Shown here: piece after piece, positions 1 through 8,612 of the stretch
Numbering within the stretch: position 1 is the stretch's first letter
Layout: the number at the start of each line of letters is the position of its first letter
Virus record (IMG/VR): IMGVR_UViG_3300032225_000286
Coordinates: 1 to 33,841 of that record
DNA length: 33,841 nt
Source of the DNA: a virus
Taxonomy: Duplodnaviria; Caudoviricetes
Direction: 5' to 3' (one strand)
Notes under the pieces: model-generated
Databases searched by the model: none
What the model was told of the DNA's origin: nothing
Seen by the model: only the letters and a program-made list of their open reading frames with translations
Program-made: the position numbers and the translations under genes

Positions 1-644
1 GATACAACGTTCTGATCCATCTTCCAGTTCATACCAGCAGAGTCACGACCCATCAAACCTTTACGATACTGCTCGCCAATTGCCTCTTGGGGAACAAAGA
101 GTCCCTTCAATGAGTCAACAATGGTTGCAGATGTAAAAGGCTCAACGATACATGATCTACGGCCGTCACGGGGTGCGCCTTCAGCGTCCAAGTAAGCAGC
201 AGCAGTCAAGTAAGTGATCAAACCTGTGGGAGGTGTTCCAGCAGTACCAACGATATTGGCTGTGTTGTTTTTGGCCATAACCAAACCATCACGATCAATC
301 TTGTTAGCAATAGCTGCAACGGCAGGCTTTAACACTCTGTCGCTAAACATATCCAAAGACAACGCCAAATCCTGGGTGGTAAATTGAGTATCCACATGGA
401 ATTGCGTTGAAAGCGTTACCGGGACTGACGTCTCGTTAAAGTCTTCAACATTTAGCGCTGGCCCGGTCGTACCAATGAAGCGTCCAGGACGTCTCACATT
501 TACAGTATTACCGATTTTTGCACCGACAACTGCGAATTGGTCATCGTAGTTGCGATCCACTTCTGACGTAAATGTCAGTTCATTCTCCAGAACCATCAAC
601 GCTTCGTTGGTGATCTTGGAGATCGTTAAGAGATTATTACTCAT
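1..644 (-). CDS. Major capsid (coat) protein, P22 gp5-like, N-terminal part (runs off window start)
   Basis: Not in the ORF track; translated by hand from ATG 644: MSNNLLTISKITNEALMVLENELTFTSEVDRNYDDQFAVVGAKIGNTVNVRRPGRF...RDSAGMNWKMDQNVV. AAGGA RBS; directly follows the scaffold gene. Confidence 0.93.
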   Translation of the reverse strand, partial: MSNNLLTISKITNEALMVLENELTFTSEVDRNYDDQFAVVGAKIGNTVNVRRPGRFIGTTGPALNVEDFNETSVPVTLSTQFHVDTQFTTQDLALSLDMFSDRVLKPAVAAIANKIDRDGLVMAKNNTANIVGTAGTPPTGLITYLTAAAYLDAEGAPRDGRRSCIVEPFTSATIVDSLKGLFVPQEAIGEQYRKGLMGRDSAGMNWKMDQNVV

Positions 645-666
645 TTGATTTCCTTTGATTTAAAAA

Positions 667-1560
667 TTAACGGATTTTGCCCGCACGCCTTGCTTCCTTC
701 CACGCTTGGTAAGTGCCGTGAAATTCCCCAGAAGAGTTGATGGGAATATCAGCAACACCGCCCGCAGCTTTAAGTGGACGAATGGGCGCAGGAGCTTTAC
801 TTTTCACTACTGGCTCTTGTTTAACTTCGCCTTTCTCATATAGCTTTTCCAGCTTTCCTATTTCAATTAAAGCCTTGCGAGTTGGCATTTGTGCTAGTTT
901 CTGTGCGTACTCTAAATCTTCTGCTAGGTGATATAGGATTCTTGGGCCTACATCGCTTTCTAGTATCGAATCTCGAATATCGTCACTTACCACCACATTA
1001 GCCGTACTGACTATGTCATCGTAATCAGGCATATCTGCTTTCACTTTTTCTAACTTTTCAGACCAAGATTGGATAACCTTTTGTCTTTCTTCGTTAGCCT
1101 TCCTATTAGCTTCTTGCTGATCACGCTCTTGCAATGCTTTTTCTGTTGAATACTGCGCCAATGCCTTTGCGTACTCAAACGCATCTTGGAATTGACCAGG
1201 TTGTGGTTCTTCGTCAATGTTCTTCGCCTGTTGTGGAGGTGAAGCCTGTTGCTCTAAAGCCCTTAACCTTGCCTCTAACGCTTCTCGCTGTTGGCGTTCT
1301 GCTTGCGCTTCTGCCTTGGCTTGATCACGTTGTTTGGTTACATCAGAAAACCTTTTCTCTATACGAGCTACTGGTTTAACTTCCTCAGTAGGTTTGACCT
1401 CTTCTTGCTTTTCTGATTCATTCTGTACTTCAACTTCAGATGGCTCGGGAGCTTCCTCAACCGCCACATCATCTGTTTTGTCAGCTAAACCTAGTTTGTT
1501 AGCATAAAATTCGGCCGCATTTTCACTTGTCAGGACTTGTCCTGCTTCTTTTTGAGACAT
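667..1560 (-). CDS. Capsid scaffolding protein
   Basis: Lies between portal and coat; acidic/coiled-coil with a basic C-terminal helix (YQAWKEARRAGKIR). GAGGA RBS supports ATG 1560 (MSQKE) rather than 1572. Confidence 0.8.
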   Translation of the reverse strand: MSQKEAGQVLTSENAAEFYANKLGLADKTDDVAVEEAPEPSEVEVQNESEKQEEVKPTEEVKPVARIEKRFSDVTKQRDQAKAEAQAERQQREALEARLRALEQQASPPQQAKNIDEEPQPGQFQDAFEYAKALAQYSTEKALQERDQQEANRKANEERQKVIQSWSEKLEKVKADMPDYDDIVSTANVVVSDDIRDSILESDVGPRILYHLAEDLEYAQKLAQMPTRKALIEIGKLEKLYEKGEVKQEPVVKSKAPAPIRPLKAAGGVADIPINSSGEFHGTYQAWKEARRAGKIR

Positions 1561-1577
1561 GAGTTTCCTCAAGGATT

Positions 1578-1641
1578 TTACCCCGTGTACCTCACGGGTA
1601 AGGTTTTGTGTAAATATTACACTAAATCATTACTTTGTCAA
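1578..1641 (-). promoter_or_regulatory. Candidate internal promoter plus 5'UTR hairpin for scaffold/coat genes
   Basis: TTGACA (1641-1636), 16-nt spacer, TAATAT (1619-1614). Inverted repeat GTGTAA-ATA-TTACAC at 1608-1622. Hairpin TTACCCGTG-AGGTA-CACGGGGTAA at 1601-1578. Confidence 0.5.
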
Positions 1642-3725
1642 ATAGCACGCTCAACCGCTTCAGCTTTAGCCTCTCTCTCGGTCAATCTGTCCAATTGCGA
1701 CAAATAAACCGCCAAATCTGCCTTCATGCGTTCAATTTCCAATTGAGTCTGTGTCTTGATAACTGTGTCGTGCGCCTGTGTATCAGTACGCAATACCATA
1801 TCCCTGTGGCGCTCTTGGTCACGCAATTCAATGTCGTGCGCCCTGTTGGTCTCTTTAATAAGCACACGCTTGGTTTCTGCGTCTTGCTTAAGTTGCTCCA
1901 CATCCGAACGATTCTTCAACATCAATTGCATACCCTGTAACTGCTGTTGTAGGTCTTGAATGACCTTCTTGGACTGCGCCAATTGCATCTGAACTTGTGG
2001 AGGAACAGGTGATTTCTCATCAATCTGCGCTAATGGGTTAGATGCTGCCAATCTGTCTGCAATCACATCAGCGCCAGGAAAGTCCATGTTCCTAAAGATC
2101 AGGTCACCAGCAACGCTAATCAGATTAGGATCGGCTGACAACAATGGCATCATGCTATTAACCGCCTCAATGCGCTTGGAGTTGTAGCCTGGGCCTGTGT
2201 CCATCACCACATCGTACTCACCGACTGTCACATCGTTCAGTATCTTTTGTATACCTTGCTCATCTTGGCCTAATTTGTTAATCTCCACCAAGTCTGGCTT
2301 GCCATCGTCACCAATGATCCGCATCACCCTAGCTTGATCGTAAATCTTGGGGATCAAGTCCAAAATAATGCGAGCAGTATGCTTAATAGAACGGGTCAGG
2401 TTGTCGTAATAATGGAAGTTGGTTAGGTCAATTTGTTGTTGTTGACCATTCAATGCTTTGCCACTAATGTTGCCCGTATTCATTTGGTTGGCATCAAAGA
2501 TACCCAACACGGCTTGCATATCGCTATTAATGCCGTCTGCTGCTTGAATAATGCCCGCAGGAGGTGACTCGGGTTGGATGCGTGTAGGTACAGGTGCTGG
2601 AACGCCTTCAATGTCCTTCTGCTTGTATCTGAGCACAGGCATGGACTTGATGTTAGCTTGTGCCCATTCGTTCTCATGGCCCTCGTCCTGACCCTCTGCA
2701 AGCAACCACTTGGCCTTGGGTGCTAGAGCTACTGACTCAGTTAAGGCAGTTTTCCAGAAGTTGTACATCCGCTGAGAATCTTTGGCCATTCTGACCAATC
2801 CATACTTCTTGCGTTTGTTGTCAACTACAAATTCTTCTCCGTAAACAGGAATAATTGGAATGTACTTAGATGCCCAATCGCCTTCTTCAAGCACTTCCAT
2901 AGCCGTACATTTGATCATCTTGATCTGCTTTTTAAGCGTTGGACGTTCATCAATGACAACCAAACCACGGGCAAGCAGGTCTTTCTCGCTAGGCAAATCA
3001 CTACGGAACACCTTAGAACCATCGCTTAACAGGCACAATTTATCTGCTTTACGCTCTGTATACCAGTATTCAGCAATCCTAATGTCCTCTTTCATCACCC
3101 ACTCGGCATTGCTGTCTCCTGTGCCTTTTTGGGTAAATCCAACGCCTGTCTCAGCGTCAGGATACATCTTCTCAAATATCTTTTTGCTGACCACTTCGGT
3201 GATCAGGCAGCGCTCGGCATCTGATCCATCAGGCAATGTAGAGTTGGGATCAAAATAAACAGTAAAAGGATTGTGAATTGGCTCAATATAGATTTCTTGG
3301 TCAAAGCTATCTTCCCTTACATAATCAGTCTTGACACGCCAGTAACCAAATCCGCACCTTACAGCGTAGTTAAATGCGTTGTCATAGCTATGGTCAGCGT
3401 CTGAGTTAACCTCAATGTGACGGCAAATGCCTGTCAGAATTTCAGCAATCTTGGCATCAGATTGGCTATTCATGCCATGTACCTTGATGCGTGGGCGTTG
3501 TTGGCGTTGCTGATTGGTCACCTGACGCACATAAGCATCAATCTTGTTGATGGTCAGGCATGGACGGGCTTCAAGGTTACGGCTGTTCTGAATCTCCACA
3601 GGCCATTGGTCACCAGCAGCAAACTTGAGGTCTTCTAGCGCTTCTGCCCTATTGTTGGTATCAGCGTCATTGGCTAGTTTAAGAAACTGCTTGGCTTCTG
3701 TTATGCGTGGGTCAAAATCATCCAT
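1638..3725 (-). CDS. Portal protein, P22 gp1-like
   Basis: 695 aa; motifs EDLKFAAGDQW, RPCLTINKI, GLVRMAKDSQRMYN, GEYDVVMDTGPGY; Q-rich coiled-coil C-terminus; follows TerL. Confidence 0.95.
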   Translation of the reverse strand: MDDFDPRITEAKQFLKLANDADTNNRAEALEDLKFAAGDQWPVEIQNSRNLEARPCLTINKIDAYVRQVTNQQRQQRPRIKVHGMNSQSDAKIAEILTGICRHIEVNSDADHSYDNAFNYAVRCGFGYWRVKTDYVREDSFDQEIYIEPIHNPFTVYFDPNSTLPDGSDAERCLITEVVSKKIFEKMYPDAETGVGFTQKGTGDSNAEWVMKEDIRIAEYWYTERKADKLCLLSDGSKVFRSDLPSEKDLLARGLVVIDERPTLKKQIKMIKCTAMEVLEEGDWASKYIPIIPVYGEEFVVDNKRKKYGLVRMAKDSQRMYNFWKTALTESVALAPKAKWLLAEGQDEGHENEWAQANIKSMPVLRYKQKDIEGVPAPVPTRIQPESPPAGIIQAADGINSDMQAVLGIFDANQMNTGNISGKALNGQQQQIDLTNFHYYDNLTRSIKHTARIILDLIPKIYDQARVMRIIGDDGKPDLVEINKLGQDEQGIQKILNDVTVGEYDVVMDTGPGYNSKRIEAVNSMMPLLSADPNLISVAGDLIFRNMDFPGADVIADRLAASNPLAQIDEKSPVPPQVQMQLAQSKKVIQDLQQQLQGMQLMLKNRSDVEQLKQDAETKRVLIKETNRAHDIELRDQERHRDMVLRTDTQAHDTVIKTQTQLEIERMKADLAVYLSQLDRLTEREAKAEAVERAI

Positions 3726-3726
3726 A

Positions 3727-4983
3727 TTATCCCATCCATCCTATTGGTAAATCCATCTGAGGTTTACGTTTAACTGGTTTTCTCGGCTCTGATACCATTA
3801 AACCCAACATTCTGAACGCATCTGCCCCGTGTGAATATTGATCATGTAATGGCATTCTACTAAATTGTTTAGTGTCTGGGTCAACATCATAACGATAATG
3901 TCTTAAACATTGTAGACCATCTGCCGTGTTTGTCCTATCAAAATAACACCTTGGGAAGATCGTCCTAGCAGCGTTAATGGAGTCCGCCACGGGAACTCTG
4001 TCCAATATCTGCACTTTCATGCCCGTTGCCCTGACAATTTCCTCTATGCTTTTGCCCGTCCCTAGATTACGGCTTGCTGCATCGTGTGGTAAATAGTGTG
4101 TGTCAAAAACATAACCAAACTTTTGTATTTCGGCTAAGTAATAGCTAATTGTCTTTTGGATATCTTCAAGATATCTAATGACCCTTATTTCCATGCCAAT
4201 AAACTGCACAAACCATATGGCCGTTGCATCTGCCCATCCTAAGTCCCAAACTGTAAATACGGGCTTAATAGGATCGTAGGGTACATTCTGAATCTGATTG
4301 TTGATCTCTGCCATTTGCATTTCTTTGGCAAATACCGCACCATCGATTGTCAGACGGCAAATGCCCTCCCAAACCATGTTATACGCCTCAATATCTCTAG
4401 CTTTTAGCGTATCTTTTTCTATTCTCAGCGTCTCAGGAAACCAAGGATTGTCTGACCAATTGATCTTTTGGACGATTGCATTTGTGGGCTGATGGATGAT
4501 AAAGCGCTGATAAGTCTCGTCTGTTTCTAGCTCGGGGTTAAAACTCACCCAAATTTCAGATTGCTCTTTACGGATGGTAGGAATCAGCACATCCCATGAT
4601 CTTTTAGAAACACTTTGGGCTTCCTCAACCCAACACACATCCACACCCTCATAAGACTTGACATTGGCTACATTGTTTTTGAGGCCAACAAAGTTAAATT
4701 CTGTGCCATTCTTGCCCCTGATCGTTCTATCCGTTATTTCATAGAACTCAACTAGGTTCATGGCCACGATCTGATCGCACAACAGCTTATGGACAGAATC
4801 CTTAATGGATGTTTGAAATTCACGGGCACAAAGCACCCTTGTGACCTTGTTAGCGCCTATGATCAATAGCGCCCTAGCAATGCCCCATGACTTTGCACCG
4901 CCTCGTCCACCCCACAATACCTTGTATCTGCTCGGTTTGAATAGGCATTGCAGTTTAAGTGGGAACTCTACATTAGCTTGCAA
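3727..4983 (-). CDS. terL: Terminase large subunit (PBSX/Terminase_3-like)
   Basis: Walker A GGRGGAKS, Walker B WVEEA, SFNP motif, nuclease WDLG and HGADAFR; TTG start with GGGAG RBS. Confidence 0.95.
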   Translation of the reverse strand: MQANVEFPLKLQCLFKPSRYKVLWGGRGGAKSWGIARALLIIGANKVTRVLCAREFQTSIKDSVHKLLCDQIVAMNLVEFYEITDRTIRGKNGTEFNFVGLKNNVANVKSYEGVDVCWVEEAQSVSKRSWDVLIPTIRKEQSEIWVSFNPELETDETYQRFIIHQPTNAIVQKINWSDNPWFPETLRIEKDTLKARDIEAYNMVWEGICRLTIDGAVFAKEMQMAEINNQIQNVPYDPIKPVFTVWDLGWADATAIWFVQFIGMEIRVIRYLEDIQKTISYYLAEIQKFGYVFDTHYLPHDAASRNLGTGKSIEEIVRATGMKVQILDRVPVADSINAARTIFPRCYFDRTNTADGLQCLRHYRYDVDPDTKQFSRMPLHDQYSHGADAFRMLGLMVSEPRKPVKRKPQMDLPIGWMG

Positions 4984-5045
4984 GTTGGCGCTCCCATAAA
5001 GCAGGGTTAGGTGAACAACACTCTTTAATTCTTACACCCACGGGG

Positions 5046-5465
5046 CTAGGCCGTTTCGCCAACATCTTTAGGCTGAACAAATGATACTTGGATGGCCGTT
5101 AGTAATGGCGCACCATTCTCGCCTGTAATCTCTTGCTTAACACTCTCACGATATTTCTTAGGAAACCTTGCTGCCATTGATCTTGACCAGATTGTTGCGT
5201 TCAGCTTTGGCCCATCTTTGTTCTCTAACATATAAAGTTGAGCCTGTTCTTCCCACCAATCTTGTTCTGCAATCTTAGCGTCATCCAAGGCGTGCAGAAA
5301 ATCAGGATAACGATCTCTCCAATCATACAAAACTCTTAATGACACACCTAATTTTGTACTGATTTGTTCTACACTTTTGCCCAAAGCGCCCAATTTCCTG
5401 ACCTCATCACAATATGCTGGGTCATATAAGGTTGGTCTGCCTACGGGTCTTGTTTCTTCAGTCAT
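5046..5465 (-). CDS. terS: Terminase small subunit
   Basis: GRPTLYDPAYCD N-terminus, HTH, C-terminal EITGENGAPL; directly upstream of TerL. Confidence 0.85.
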   Translation of the reverse strand: MTEETRPVGRPTLYDPAYCDEVRKLGALGKSVEQISTKLGVSLRVLYDWRDRYPDFLHALDDAKIAEQDWWEEQAQLYMLENKDGPKLNATIWSRSMAARFPKKYRESVKQEITGENGAPLLTAIQVSFVQPKDVGETA

Positions 5466-5626
5466 TTTTTAGCAGTCTTTGCTGACTCTTTAAATGCCTT
5501 GGCAGTTGGTGCGCCCTTTGTGCCAGGCTTTCTCATGTGTTCAACAGGTTTACCTTCTGCCTTTTCACGGGCTATCCGTTCCTGTTTTTTATGGATATTG
5601 GCATATAGTCCAGATTTCGTTGCCAT
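5462..5626 (-). CDS. Small basic hypothetical protein (54 aa)
   Basis: Translated by hand: MATKSGLYANIHKKQERIAREKAEGKPVEHMRKPGTKGAPTAKAFKESAKTAKK; TAATG and ATGA coupling to both neighbours. Confidence 0.8.
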   Translation of the reverse strand: MATKSGLYANIHKKQERIAREKAEGKPVEHMRKPGTKGAPTAKAFKESAKTAKK

Positions 5627-5898
5627 TAACAGTTCCAATTCTTTAATGATGCTTTAGCCCGTTCTGCTGGGCCTTTAGCGTTCTTTACAACACCTTCCAT
5701 TCGAGCACAGAAACTAGCTTTACGCCCTTCATCCTTCTTGGTTTTGGGATTAGGAGCTGGAGGCTTGAGGTTGCTACCATTCTTGGCGTTGTATTCAGCA
5801 CGCCCTTTGGCAGTCATTCCAGCACCCTTTTCAGTAGGGTTGTAAGTCTTGCCCTTACCTGTGGTCTTATGCTCAATGGGTTTGTCGTGCTTTTTCAT
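5626..5898 (-). CDS. Small basic phage protein (DUF6321-like)
   Basis: Motif GRKASFCARM...SLKNWNC recognised from memory; coupled start and stop. Confidence 0.7.
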   Translation of the reverse strand: MKKHDKPIEHKTTGKGKTYNPTEKGAGMTAKGRAEYNAKNGSNLKPPAPNPKTKKDEGRKASFCARMEGVVKNAKGPAERAKASLKNWNC

Positions 5899-6038
5899 TT
5901 CTTTTTAGCCTTTTTCTCAGCTTCACGCTTAATGGCATAACTGATGGCAACGGCTTGCTTTACTGGCTTGCCTGCTTTGACCTCAGTCTCAATGTTCTTT
6001 TTTTGAGCTTTCTCAGTTTTTGACTTGATTAACGGCAT
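5895..6038 (-). CDS. Small basic hypothetical protein (47 aa)
   Basis: Translated by hand: MPLIKSKTEKAQKKNIETEVKAGKPVKQAVAISYAIKREAEKKAKKK; TAATG/ATGA coupling. Confidence 0.8.
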   Translation of the reverse strand: MPLIKSKTEKAQKKNIETEVKAGKPVKQAVAISYAIKREAEKKAKKK

Positions 6039-6316
6039 TATTCGATCTCCTCTACAAATGCAACATCTTTCCAACTCATCAAAATAAGGTTCTCATCCTC
6101 ATTTTTAAATTGAGTGTAGTTCAAATACTCGTCTTTGTAATCTTTGGCTAGTGTGCCAAAGTAAACCTTGTCCCCTACCTTCAAACCCATTACTCCTGCT
6201 TCATAACCTACTGCGGTTACATAACCAACAGTATCGGCTTCTTCCGTCTGAATCCATAATTCTGATTTGATGCGCTTTTCGGGTCTGACAAATATCTTGT
6301 CTCTTAGTGGTCTCAT
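6038..6316 (-). CDS. GroES/Cpn10-like co-chaperonin
   Basis: RPLRDKIFV, GYVTAVG, LKVGDKVYF and LILMSWKDV follow the GroES pattern (PLxDRV, G-V-AVG, VKVGDxV, LIMxExDI). Confidence 0.8.
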   Translation of the reverse strand: MRPLRDKIFVRPEKRIKSELWIQTEEADTVGYVTAVGYEAGVMGLKVGDKVYFGTLAKDYKDEYLNYTQFKNEDENLILMSWKDVAFVEEIE

Positions 6317-6531
6317 TTGCGTGGCCTTCCTTTTTTGTTAACTTGTTCTATGTCAACTACTGGAAGTGCTAAAAAAGCACCCCCGTTAGGAGGTGCAATG
6401 GCTTTCTCTGCAAATTCACCACATATTTCATTAGGACTACGATTTTGATAGTGAGGATACCGCCTGCAAGTGCCTACGGCTTGATTCACATCTAAAAAGT
6501 GCCTACATACTCTACAATTCATATCAGCCAT
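6313..6531 (-). CDS. Small Cys-rich protein (CxxC...C...C) with C-terminal KKGRPRK
   Basis: ORF track; GGGAG RBS; ATGA overlap with the GroES-like gene. Confidence 0.7.
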   Translation of the reverse strand: MADMNCRVCRHFLDVNQAVGTCRRYPHYQNRSPNEICGEFAEKAIAPPNGGAFLALPVVDIEQVNKKGRPRK

Positions 6532-6558
6532 TCACAACTCCCATTGTGTTTTGGTTAG

Positions 6559-6590
6559 AAGTGCCTCCTTGATGCTCCTTGGAGGCATTT
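6559..6590 (-). terminator. Hairpin, possibly a weak terminator or processing site
   Basis: TGCCTCC / GGAGGCA stem with a 12-nt loop just after the stop at 6595; poor U-tract. Confidence 0.35.
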
Positions 6591-6594
6591 CGCT

Positions 6595-6921
6595 TTAACG
6601 ATACTCTGAACGCTCGTGCTCGTAGCAGCTTTTCTCAGAAGAACCGCCCTTCATCTCACCTAAACGGCCATCGTGTTTGCCCATGTGGGATGAGTCTCTT
6701 GAACCCATGCCGTCCATCTTGCCCATGCCAACACCACCAGCAATGGCGGCTTTACGCTCACCGCTTGTGTCGCTTGACAATGCGCCTTTAGGAATCTTCT
6801 CGCCTGACATACCAGGACGCATAACTTCCTTGTCTACCATTGATGCGCCAACCTTCTTCTCACCTGTGCGGTCAGATGATTTTGCGCCCTTTGGCAATTT
6901 TTCCATGTTCATGTAACCCAT
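6595..6921 (-). CDS. G/M/K/S-rich low-complexity protein, probable first gene of the late operon
   Basis: AAGGA RBS; internal repeat EKLPKGAKSSDRTGEKK / EKIPKGALSSDTSGERK. Confidence 0.75.
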   Translation of the reverse strand: MGYMNMEKLPKGAKSSDRTGEKKVGASMVDKEVMRPGMSGEKIPKGALSSDTSGERKAAIAGGVGMGKMDGMGSRDSSHMGKHDGRLGEMKGGSSEKSCYEHERSEYR

Positions 6922-6944
6922 GATTAAATCCTTTGTTTCTTTGC

Positions 6945-7000
6945 AAAAAACACTACTTTTTGTAGTAAATACACTATATCACAATTTCAGATTAGATCAA
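6945..7000 (-). promoter_or_regulatory. Candidate late promoter
   Basis: TTGATC-N16-TATAGT with extended -10 (TGnTATAGT), followed by ACTAC-AAAAA-GTAGT hairpin and T6. Confidence 0.45.
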
Positions 7001-7300
7001 CTCCTCTTGCCAAGGCTCTCCCACCATTTTCTTGATGTTAAATAAATTCTTGTATTGTGGGTAATGTTTACGCCATAAACGGGCATAAAAGGCTATAAAG
7101 TCATTGCTGATCTTAAAGTCTACCCCCGTGGTAATGACGTAAACCTCCCACCTGATCCTGTTGATAATGAGCCAATGACTGATCTTTTCGTGACCAGCGT
7201 ATACAGCTTCCAAGCTAAACCTTTCAAAATACTTCCAAATGATTGGGTTGTTTTTATGCCATTCCTCAAACTTGGCTTGTCTAACTTGGAATGACTGCAT
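6992..7300 (-). CDS. Conserved phage hypothetical protein
   Basis: FEEWHKNNP...KISNDFIAFYARL pattern; GAGGA RBS; TAATG coupling. Confidence 0.7.
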   Translation of the reverse strand: MQSFQVRQAKFEEWHKNNPIIWKYFERFSLEAVYAGHEKISHWLIINRIRWEVYVITTGVDFKISNDFIAFYARLWRKHYPQYKNLFNIKKMVGEPWQEELI

Positions 7301-7407
7301 TATTTCCTCACTTCATTCTTGTAAAACTCTATGGCCATTGCAGAAACCACTATCGTCATTGCTGCGCCTGCTATAAATCCACCAATAAATACTGCTAGTT
7401 CAATCAT
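7300..7407 (-). CDS. Small membrane protein (35 aa)
   Basis: Translated by hand: MIELAVFIGGFIAGAAMTIVVSAMAIEFYKNEVRK; GAGGA RBS. Confidence 0.65.
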   Translation of the reverse strand: MIELAVFIGGFIAGAAMTIVVSAMAIEFYKNEVRK

Positions 7408-7416
7408 GTTTGTTCC

Positions 7417-7689
7417 TCAAAATGGGATGTTATCGTCATAGTTATCCATACTGTTAACCCTGTTTCTCTGTGGGTTAGGCACGCCACCATCATCCCGTGG
7501 CTTTGGGTCATTCAAGTATGCCCATCCATCCCAACCGCCCTCCTTTAAGGGAATCGTGTCCATCTTGATCATTGGGCCTTTTGCCGTTTCAATAATCGAT
7601 CCAATCTTGGTGTAGCGGTTTTTCTGTTGGCCACTAGCGTTGGTGTACGATCCAGTAATCACCACGATTTCTTTGCTTATTTTGCTCAT
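7417..7689 (-). CDS. Small single-stranded DNA-binding protein-like
   Basis: Follows ERF/exonuclease; ends in the SSB-type acidic tip DDNIPF. Confidence 0.7.
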   Translation of the reverse strand: MSKISKEIVVITGSYTNASGQQKNRYTKIGSIIETAKGPMIKMDTIPLKEGGWDGWAYLNDPKPRDDGGVPNPQRNRVNSMDNYDDNIPF

Positions 7690-8297
7690 TTGATGTTCCT
7701 CAATATTTCTACTTTCTGATCAATTTCTTCTAAAAATGTCTTGACCTCGTCTTCAAGCATTTTGATGTAAAGGTCATTGCGTTCTACACGCTGTACAAAT
7801 ATTTGTAAGTTCTGTGGCATTCTTGGGTCATAGCTTACAAAATCGCACCATTTTCTGCCCGTACACGCCATCTGCCATTGCATTTGTGGCATATACTTAG
7901 TGGGCACTTTCTGATTGAGCAGGGTATCCATTTGTGTTTTACTTTCTGGACACTTGATCTCAACCAATCCATCCTCCCCCACAAACCCGTCAGGACTCGC
8001 CCCAGACATTGCAATTGTGGGATGGTCAATAAACCCTACCTCGTCCACCAAAACCTCCCTATAAACCTCGTATGCGGTTCTAGCTTGTGGCTCTGTGGCC
8101 GTGCCCCATTCCATTGCAGCGTTGGTATAAAACTCAGCTTGTTGGCCAGTTAACCTTTCCAACGTAAGTTGCGTACTGTAATTCTCCCGTGATGCGCTGA
8201 CTCCTGTTTTGGTTTTGGCAATGACATCAGCAATCTTGCTTGCCGTGACCTTGCCCAAGCGTTGCTTGAACCATTCTTCTGTGCGTTGTTCAATCAT
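7686..8297 (-). CDS. YqaJ / lambda-exonuclease family protein
   Basis: EQRTEEWFKQRLGKVTAS, WGTATEP, GASPDG, VEIKCP, QMQWQM; true start probably ATG 8297 (ATGA overlap). Confidence 0.93.
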   Translation of the reverse strand: MIEQRTEEWFKQRLGKVTASKIADVIAKTKTGVSASRENYSTQLTLERLTGQQAEFYTNAAMEWGTATEPQARTAYEVYREVLVDEVGFIDHPTIAMSGASPDGFVGEDGLVEIKCPESKTQMDTLLNQKVPTKYMPQMQWQMACTGRKWCDFVSYDPRMPQNLQIFVQRVERNDLYIKMLEDEVKTFLEEIDQKVEILRNIK

Positions 8298-8503
8298 CCT
8301 AATCCCCTTGTTAATATTTTTAAAGCGCAAATCTGTGTCTTAAAATCATCTTCATTGATACAGATTTCGGCACATTCTTCTCTTTCCAACTCGGCAATCA
8401 TGTTGGCAAAGTAAACAATGTGATCTATGTTGGACTCCACAAAATACTTATGGAATCCAGCATCAATTGCCATGTCTTGAATGACTTTTTTAGTAATCAT
8501 CAT
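8294..8503 (-). CDS. Hypothetical protein
   Basis: ORF track; EREECAEIC motif typical of small early phage proteins; exact start uncertain. Confidence 0.65.
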   Translation of the reverse strand: MMITKKVIQDMAIDAGFHKYFVESNIDHIVYFANMIAELEREECAEICINEDDFKTQICALKILTRGLG

Positions 8504-8612
8504 CAACAGGTATCAATTGATATAAACCACAGATTGCACAATGCCAATGTCTCCTTGTGCTAGTGACTTCTAATTCCCCTAGTGGGCATCTTGGGCAAGG
8601 TAAGCTATCCAT
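8490..8612 (-). CDS. 40-aa zinc-ribbon microprotein
   Basis: Translated by hand: MDSLPCPRCPLGELEVTSTRRHWHCAICGLYQLIPVDDDY; two CxxC pairs; fills the gap after ERF. Confidence 0.7.
   Translation of the reverse strand: MDSLPCPRCPLGELEVTSTRRHWHCAICGLYQLIPVDDDY

Noticed and set aside
4984-5063. Twister- or HDV-like ribozyme (CCUAACCCUGC and GGCCUAGCCCC fragments)
   Set aside because: I could not build the required pairings and pseudoknots; kept only as a structured spacer.
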